From: Pseudomonadota bacterium | GTDB taxonomy: Bacteria; Pseudomonadota; Gammaproteobacteria; JAKAQQ01 | DNA length: 64,000 nt | Direction: 5' to 3' | Assembly (NCBI GenBank): GCA_021810635.1 | Contig: JAJZIH010000010.1 | Span: forward strand, 5,098-69,097 | In this document: one piece after another, positions 58,567-64,000 of the stretch | Numbering within the stretch: the stretch's first letter is position 1 | Layout of the letters: every line of letters begins with the position of its first letter | Position numbers and translations under genes: made by a program | The notes under the pieces: generated by a model | What the model saw: only the letters and a program-made list of their open reading frames with translations | Database searches by the model: none | Told to the model about the DNA's origin: nothing

Positions 58567-58834
58567 TCTCGCCTCATCCTTCAAACGCGATTACAAACGT
58601 GAGGCCAAGGGGCAATAGCGGGCCGTGCTCGATAGCGAGCTGAAACCTGTTCTCGTGGCCTTGGCGACCGATCAGCCGCTCGATGCCAGATACCGCGACC
58701 ATGATCTGAGCGGCGATTGGGCGGGTTACCGCGAATGCCACGTCAAGCCAGACCTGCTGCAGATTTATCGCAAGTCAGATACCGACACCCTGAGACTGGC
58801 CCGGCTTGGCTCGCACAGCGAGCTTTTCGGGTGA
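58553..58834 (+). pseudogene. yafQ: YafQ/RelE-family toxin with in-frame TAG at codon 22 (58616-58618)
   Basis: MRTIDLASSFKRDYKREAKGQ*RAVLD..YRDHDLSGDWAGYRECHVKPDLL..RLGSHSELFG. Confidence 0.9.
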
Positions 58835-59548
58835 GCTTGGGCTGACGGAATTTTCGGCGGTTTGGGCTTACAACCCCAACCCGCGCACCGGCAAGGCGCA
58901 GAAAGTATTCGGACTTCGGGAGACCCCGATTGGTCGAACCGGGCGTGATGGCGTCAACGTCATCACCGCACCGGATCCTTCCGGTGCGCAGGTCACCTTC
59001 CCGTATCCCGTGTGGAATACGCGGAAGCCGGTGTGGACTCTGTTGGGCCAGGTTTCCCGGAGAATGAAAGAGGCGCTTGCAGCGCAGCGTGTGGCGGAGA
59101 AATCCGACCCTCCGGAACGGAAGCGGGCCGCACGGCCTGATGATACTCCGGTTGGGGCGGCAGCTTAGGCTGCTCTATGCGCTTGCCGGTGGGATTCCGG
59201 CACGCGAATCGCCGCCCTCATCGTTCGGGCGACGTCATGGGAATCGATTCCTATGGTTTGATGAACGGTGCGGACGGGCCTTACCGGAGATGAACCGCGT
59301 TTTCCAGACAGGGAATTGAAATATCAAGGGAAAGCGGTTTCTGCAGTTTCTGGTGGGAAGAACTTCAGCTTAACTACTTCCTCAACCCTCAGCGAGAGTC
59401 GACTGGAAACGGGCTACAATTTGACGGAGGCAACTCTAGAAGCATGCGACAGATTGCTTGACAATTACCGGTTTGACGCATAGAACCGGCACTGATAGCA
59501 TGAATTTGTGACGGAACGTCACCCGTGGAGGTGGCAGGAGGATGTTCC

Positions 59549-60214
59549 ATGCGCGGGATCGACATGCTGGATTGCAGACGGGATCGCATGGGGAGCCGAT
59601 GCGGGGAGGGAGCCCCACTTGGATTCAACTGGGTTCTGCTGATTCTGGTTCCAGCCGCCTTCCTCGTGGGAATCCACCCAGCCCATGCACGGACGACCCC
59701 ACCTATCATCCGGGTCCGGGCTTCGAAGGCGCTGCCGGTCAGGCACCCAGCCCGCGGCAAGTCCCACTCGACCCGCCTCCGGAAGATCACCGTTGCGGGC
59801 AATCGGATCCCCCTCCCAATTGCCTTGGAGCTCCTGCGTACGGCTTTGTCCCGGCCATGGGAGACCGCCATGAAAGACCAGAACCGGATGGTCTGCCGGT
59901 TTGGACCCATGCTCGGTTCGCACGTTCTGGACCGCCAAGGTCTTTGGTGCGAAACCAATGAGGAGTTTTTCCTGGCCCAGGACACGGGGATGATCCCCAT
60001 GGACGTCGCCCAGTTCCAGCCCGGGGGCCTCTATGTCGATCCGAACCGGCTGAAACAGCTGTTTGCGAAACTGCCGCCGCCCGGGACGAGCTATACCCTC
60101 GAGGTCACCCACCATGGGCGGATCGTCTCTGAATGGATCATCCACAAGGGGCACCTCGTCAAGGCGCTGCATTTCGGCAAACGGGGACCCCGGCCTGCGG
60201 GACAGGGGCGGTAA
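59549..60214 (+). CDS. Hypothetical exported protein
   Basis: GGAGG SD before ATG 59549; hydrophobic segment ending AHA; Cys pair VCRF..GSH..LWCET; start uncertain. Confidence 0.6.
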   Translation: MRGIDMLDCRRDRMGSRCGEGAPLGFNWVLLILVPAAFLVGIHPAHARTTPPIIRVRASKALPVRHPARGKSHSTRLRKITVAGNRIPLPIALELLRTALSRPWETAMKDQNRMVCRFGPMLGSHVLDRQGLWCETNEEFFLAQDTGMIPMDVAQFQPGGLYVDPNRLKQLFAKLPPPGTSYTLEVTHHGRIVSEWIIHKGHLVKALHFGKRGPRPAGQGR

Positions 60215-60391
60215 GTCGAAGCGGGCAAGGAAGTGGTCATCACCCGTCGCGGCCGGCCAATCGCTCGCATTACCCCGGTCAAAAAGCCCAAGCACGCCGT
60301 CAAATCTCTCGCCGAATTTCGCAGTCGCATGCCCCGCTGGCGCAAATCCAGCGCCGAGCTGCTGCGTGAAATGCGCGACGAGGGGCTTTGA
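60215..60391 (+). pseudogene. 5'-truncated Phd/YefM (VapB) antitoxin
   Basis: VEAGKEVVITRRGRPIARITP..SAELLREMRDEGL*; native N-terminus and start missing; TGATG overlap with the PIN gene. Confidence 0.82.
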
Positions 60392-60546
60392 TGCTCTACT
60401 TCGACACCAGCTTTCTGGCCCCGCTCATCCTCGAAGAAACGACCAGTGCCAAAATCGAGGCCTTCTTCACCAGGCTCCCGCGCCCAAGCAACCCTCACCA
60501 AAATGGCTTAAACAGCATGAAGCACTACACTGGGATGGTATCCTGA
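60391..60546 (+). pseudogene. 3'-truncated PIN-domain (VapC) toxin
   Basis: MLYFDTSFLAPLILEETTS is a typical PIN N-terminus; similarity ends near 60480 and the ORF stops at 51 aa. Confidence 0.8.
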
Positions 60547-60574
60547 GTGCGGTTCCTTGATTTAAGGAGGCCCC

Positions 60575-60928
60575 GTGGCCGCATCTCATCCTGAGAGTGA
60601 CGTTCTCATTCTGACCTTGAATGATTGCCCGGGACGAACCATTCGACGGGTGATTGGCCCGGTCTATGGCACAAGCGTCCGTTCGAGAAACTTTGCTGGC
60701 AATTGGTTCGGCGGACTGCGGGCGATTTTTGGCGGACGCCAGAAAGGGTATACCAAGATGATTTCGAGGAGCCGTAGCGATGCGCTGGTTCAGCTGGCCC
60801 AGGCGGCGAAGGCTGTCGGGGCCAATGCCGTTCTGGCCATGCGTTTTGACTCGGGAGAATTTGATTCCGGCCCGGGACAGGCCATGAACGAGGTGACGGC
60901 CTACGGCACCGCGGTCGTCCTGGATTAG
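60575..60928 (+). CDS. YbjQ/UPF0145 family protein
   Basis: GGLRAIFGG..GYTKMI, GANAVLAMRFD, EVTAYGTAV. Confidence 0.92.
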   Translation: MAASHPESDVLILTLNDCPGRTIRRVIGPVYGTSVRSRNFAGNWFGGLRAIFGGRQKGYTKMISRSRSDALVQLAQAAKAVGANAVLAMRFDSGEFDSGPGQAMNEVTAYGTAVVLD

Positions 60929-60961
60929 GCCCTTCGGAGACTGGGTGGAAATGCAAATCCC

Positions 60962-61702
60962 ATGAATCCGGGCGGAGACCGCGTGCAGCACGCTTCGCCT
61001 CCGTCCACCGGGATCGTGGTGGCCCTGGTCCGCGAGGCGAAATCCTTGATTCAAGGTCGTTTTCCCATTGGGAGACCCGTTCCCCTCGGGGGTGGAAACT
61101 ATTTCTGGGTATCCGGCATGGGTGCGGGGAGGGCCGGACAGGCGGCACAGGGTCTTCTCGACTCCGGCTGCCGCAGGCTCCTTTCCTGGGGAGTGGTGGG
61201 TGCACTCACGGAAGAAGTCCGGCCCGGCATGATTCTCCTGCCGGCCAAGATCCTGAGTCCGGCTGGAGCCTCCCATCGGGTGGATTCAGAATGGCGATCC
61301 CAGCTTGAGAAAATCCGCGGTCCGGTTCCGCTGGCCTGCGAGGATCTTCTGACCATGGATCATCTCGTGACGGAGCCCATCGAAAAAGCCTCTTTGCGCG
61401 ACCATTTTCCGGCGGCCATCGTTGATCTCGAAGCTTTTGCCGTGGCCCAGGTGGCTTTGGGACAGGGAGTTCCTTTTGCGGCCATCAAGGCACCCTTGGA
61501 TGGGGCGCAGCAAAACCTGCCGCGGCCCCTGATGGGAGCTCTCGACCCCTGGGGTCGTGTGGTTCCATCCCGATTGGTATCCGGCCTCGCCCGGATGAGA
61601 GGGCGCGACTATGCCGGATTATGGGCGCTTATGGGAAACGACCGACAGGCGCGTAGTGCTCTCGAGAAGTTTGCCCGCAAACTGGGCTGGGTGCGGGCCT
61701 GA
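60962..61702 (+). CDS. HpnG-like nucleoside phosphorylase-family protein
   Basis: GIVVALVREA, VSGMG, LLSWGVVGAL, AIVDLEAFAVA..GVPF. Confidence 0.75.
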   Translation: MNPGGDRVQHASPPSTGIVVALVREAKSLIQGRFPIGRPVPLGGGNYFWVSGMGAGRAGQAAQGLLDSGCRRLLSWGVVGALTEEVRPGMILLPAKILSPAGASHRVDSEWRSQLEKIRGPVPLACEDLLTMDHLVTEPIEKASLRDHFPAAIVDLEAFAVAQVALGQGVPFAAIKAPLDGAQQNLPRPLMGALDPWGRVVPSRLVSGLARMRGRDYAGLWALMGNDRQARSALEKFARKLGWVRA

Positions 61703-61762
61703 AACCCATTCGGGCGGTATCGGTCCCGATCCCTTAAAATTCAACCTGGAAACGGGGACGTC

Positions 61763-62764
61763 ATGATCAAAGCCCAAGCCCAGCCCAATATCGCATTGGT
61801 CAAATACTGGGGAAAGCGTCACCGGAGCAGCAACCTGCCGGCGGTGGGCTCCCTTTCCGTCACCCTGGAGTCCCTCTGGACCCAGACCGAGATCGAGTTT
61901 GATCCCGACTTGCCGGAAGATCTTTTCCTGTTGAATGGGATCCCGGACCCGGCCAGCCTCGTACGGGTGAGCCGTTGCCTGGATCCCATCCGTCAACGGG
62001 CGTCCTGCACCCACCGGGCCCGCATCCAGACCCACAATAATTTTCCGACATCGGCCGGGCTGGCCTCTTCGGCATCCGGTTTTGCAGCGCTGGTTACGGC
62101 CGCCACTACGGCCTTGGGCCTCAAAGTCACGGCCGAAGAGAAAAGCGAGTGGGCCCGTGGGGCTTCCGGTTCCGCGCCCCGATCCCTTTATGGCGGGTTC
62201 GTCGAACTGCGGTTGCATGAAACCCCCGCTCCCGGACGCACGGAACTGGTCCCACTGGCTCCCCCCGACCATTGGCCGCTTGAGGTCGTGGTGGCCATTA
62301 CCAGTCTTTCCGCCAAACCGGTGGGATCCACCGCCGGCATGGACCGGACGGCGGAAACCTCGCCTTTTTATGATCGCTGGATCGAGGCTCAGCCTGCTGA
62401 CCTCGATGAGGCACGGAGTGCAGTCCAGGCCAGAGACTTCGAAAAGCTGGCGCTCGTCAGCGAACACAGCTGTCTCAAAATGCATGGTCTGGCCTTGGCC
62501 GCGAAACCGGGATTGATCTACTGGAATGGCACGACGGTCACCTGCCTCACAGTTATCAGGGACCTCAGGGCACGGGGGATCCCGGTCTTTTTCACGGTCG
62601 ATGCGGGGCCCCAGGTCAAGGCCATCTGTGAGCCGGGTGCCATTCGGCAGGTCGCGGGGGTGATGCGCCAGATACCAGGGGTTCTCGAGGTCATGACCAG
62701 CCGCCTGGGACCGGGGGCGCGGGTGATTTCCGGAGCCCAAGCCCCACTCATGTTCCCTTCATGA
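61763..62764 (+). CDS. mvaD: Diphosphomevalonate decarboxylase
   Basis: PNIALVKYWGK, NNFPTSAGLASSASGFAAL, SGSAPRSLYGGFV, FTVDAGPQVK. Confidence 0.95.
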   Translation: MIKAQAQPNIALVKYWGKRHRSSNLPAVGSLSVTLESLWTQTEIEFDPDLPEDLFLLNGIPDPASLVRVSRCLDPIRQRASCTHRARIQTHNNFPTSAGLASSASGFAALVTAATTALGLKVTAEEKSEWARGASGSAPRSLYGGFVELRLHETPAPGRTELVPLAPPDHWPLEVVVAITSLSAKPVGSTAGMDRTAETSPFYDRWIEAQPADLDEARSAVQARDFEKLALVSEHSCLKMHGLALAAKPGLIYWNGTTVTCLTVIRDLRARGIPVFFTVDAGPQVKAICEPGAIRQVAGVMRQIPGVLEVMTSRLGPGARVISGAQAPLMFPS

Positions 62765-63864
62765 CCATCTCGCCACCTTGCGGGATTGAGGCTTCGGCAC
62801 CCGGGAAACTGGTGGTTCTGGGCGAGTACGCCGTCCTTCACGGTGCACCGGCGCTGGTCCTCGCGGTCGGGCAGAGAGCCCGGGTGACCCTTCGCCGGAT
62901 TGAGGGGCCCGACTCGATTCTCGAATCGAGTCTCTGGCCCGGCCGGAAACTCCGTTTCCGCCCCGCGACCGTCCGACTCTTCGAGCGTGAGGAGGCGGAA
63001 ACCCGCCAAGCGCTGTCCCTGGTCCAGCATGTCCTGGCCGGATTCAGGTCGGATTTCGAGGCGTGCCTGGGGGAGCGGGGGGCGATCGATCTGAAACTCG
63101 ATACCCGAGATTTTTATTCCGGATCCGGCGAAGCGTCCCGGAAACTGGGACTGGGGTCAAGCGCGGCCCTGGCCGTTGCCTTGTTCGGCGCGGTCCATAC
63201 CTTCGTGGGCACCCGGCGCGGCTCCCCGCACGCCCGGGCGATCTGGCCCGCGCTCTGGCGGATGTACCGCGGGCAGCCGGGGCAGCGGGGCAGCGGCGTG
63301 GATATTGCGGCGAGTTGTTTCGGGCACTGGGTCCGGTTCCAGAAACATCCTGCCGGGGATCTCCCCCTTCTGGAGCCGTTTTCGCCACCTCTCCGCTGTC
63401 CTTTGCTGATCGTGTGGACCGGCCATTCCACTTCGACGGGGGGCATGCTGGAGCGGTTTTTCCGCTGGGAAGAACGGGAACCGGACGCCTTCCGGCGGGA
63501 GGTGGATGCTTTGACGAGAATCAGCGAGGCGGGAAGCGAGGCCTTGCGGACTTGCGATGTCAATCGCTTCCGGCTGACGATCGACCAATATGCAGAGGCT
63601 TTGCAAAACCTGGGTCGTGCCAGCGGGCTTGAGATCATGTCCGAAGACCACCGGCGGCTCCGATCGCTGGCCCTGAAGCTCAATGTCAGCTACAAGCCTT
63701 CAGGTGCCGGAGCGGGTGACGTGGGTCTCGCAGCCGCCGAAAAGCCCGGCCCGCTAGTGGTTTTCCGGCACCAGGCCGAGGCAATCGGTTATCATGTGAT
63801 GGAGTTGGATCAAGAAGCCCAAGGGTTAGAGGTCCAGCCGCTTCCGGAGTGGGCGAGCGTATGA
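62761..63864 (+). CDS. GHMP kinase, probably phosphomevalonate kinase
   Basis: APGKLVVLGEYAVL, KLGLGSSAA, GSGVDIAAS, WTGHSTST, KPSGAGAGD. Confidence 0.85.
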   Translation: MTISPPCGIEASAPGKLVVLGEYAVLHGAPALVLAVGQRARVTLRRIEGPDSILESSLWPGRKLRFRPATVRLFEREEAETRQALSLVQHVLAGFRSDFEACLGERGAIDLKLDTRDFYSGSGEASRKLGLGSSAALAVALFGAVHTFVGTRRGSPHARAIWPALWRMYRGQPGQRGSGVDIAASCFGHWVRFQKHPAGDLPLLEPFSPPLRCPLLIVWTGHSTSTGGMLERFFRWEEREPDAFRREVDALTRISEAGSEALRTCDVNRFRLTIDQYAEALQNLGRASGLEIMSEDHRRLRSLALKLNVSYKPSGAGAGDVGLAAAEKPGPLVVFRHQAEAIGYHVMELDQEAQGLEVQPLPEWASV

Positions 63865-64000
63865 GTCGAGCACGTATTCCCAACTTTTACAAGCTTTCGG
63901 TTCCCGAGCGCGTCCGGATCATCCACGAAAAGGGGTTCCTCAGCGACGAGGATTATCTGGCGCTGGCGGCTGGGAAACACCTCCTCAAGGTTCATCATGC
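63861..64000 (+). CDS. Class II HMG-CoA reductase, N-terminus; runs off the window
   Basis: MSRARIPNFYKLSVPERVRII resembles the class II HMGR N-terminus (SR..FYKLS..ER); 4-nt overlap in the mevalonate operon. Confidence 0.75.
   Translation, partial: MSRARIPNFYKLSVPERVRIIHEKGFLSDEDYLALAAGKHLLKVHH

Larger units (their letters stand above)
58141..58877. mobile_element. Non-autonomous Tn3-family element (737 bp) carrying dinJ-yafQ
   Basis: 42-bp terminal inverted repeats starting GGGG (58141-58182 and 58836-58877; 40/42 identical); internal tnpA C-terminal stub; no 5-bp target duplication. Confidence 0.9.

Noticed and set aside
22000-58618. Genome-wide TAG recoding (suggested by two in-frame TAGs in toxins)
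   Set aside because: TAG ends many core genes here (pgsA, serC, rpsA, cbpA) at expected positions; no suppressor tRNA in the window
1-64000. CRISPR array, prophage, retron or other dedicated defence operon
   Set aside because: No regularly spaced repeats, cas, reverse transcriptase, integrase or phage structural genes were recognised

Overview
A GC-rich chromosomal window, most likely from a Gammaproteobacterium, judged from the gene orders uvrY-uvrC-pgsA, ccmA-I and mtaD/mtnA-gyrA-serC-hisC-cmk-rpsA-ihfB-lapAB-galU. Most of it is housekeeping: a lysine-catabolic pair coupled to uppP, a TetR-RND efflux operon, pirin, icd, two S9 peptidases, LOG, an acyl-CoA dehydrogenase, cytochrome c maturation, ubiG/gph, four tRNAs (Gly, Cys, Leu, Asn) and the start of a mevalonate operon. 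Two small decayed accessory regions sit at tRNA 3' ends (about 18.7-24.4 kb and 58.1-60.55 kb). They hold IS630, IS30 and IS256 scraps, a 737-bp non-autonomous Tn3-type element carrying only a dinJ-yafQ module, and four toxin-antitoxin loci whose toxins are all broken. Strongest leads: (i) a CCINC thioredoxin-NHL (NHLRC2/SOQ1-like) gene translationally coupled inside uvrY-uvrC; (ii) the mini-Tn3 and the set of inactivated toxins; (iii) a mevalonate pathway linked to hopanoid-tailoring homologues; (iv) a coupled pair of apparent pseudoenzymes (squalene-synthase-like and YciK-like SDR); (v) a switch-like structured leader before the lysine-catabolic operon; (vi) the Gly-Cys-Leu tRNA block inverted relative to pgsA. 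All calls come from motif recognition by eye; no database search was run, so novelty is unverified. No CRISPR array or rRNA was seen.
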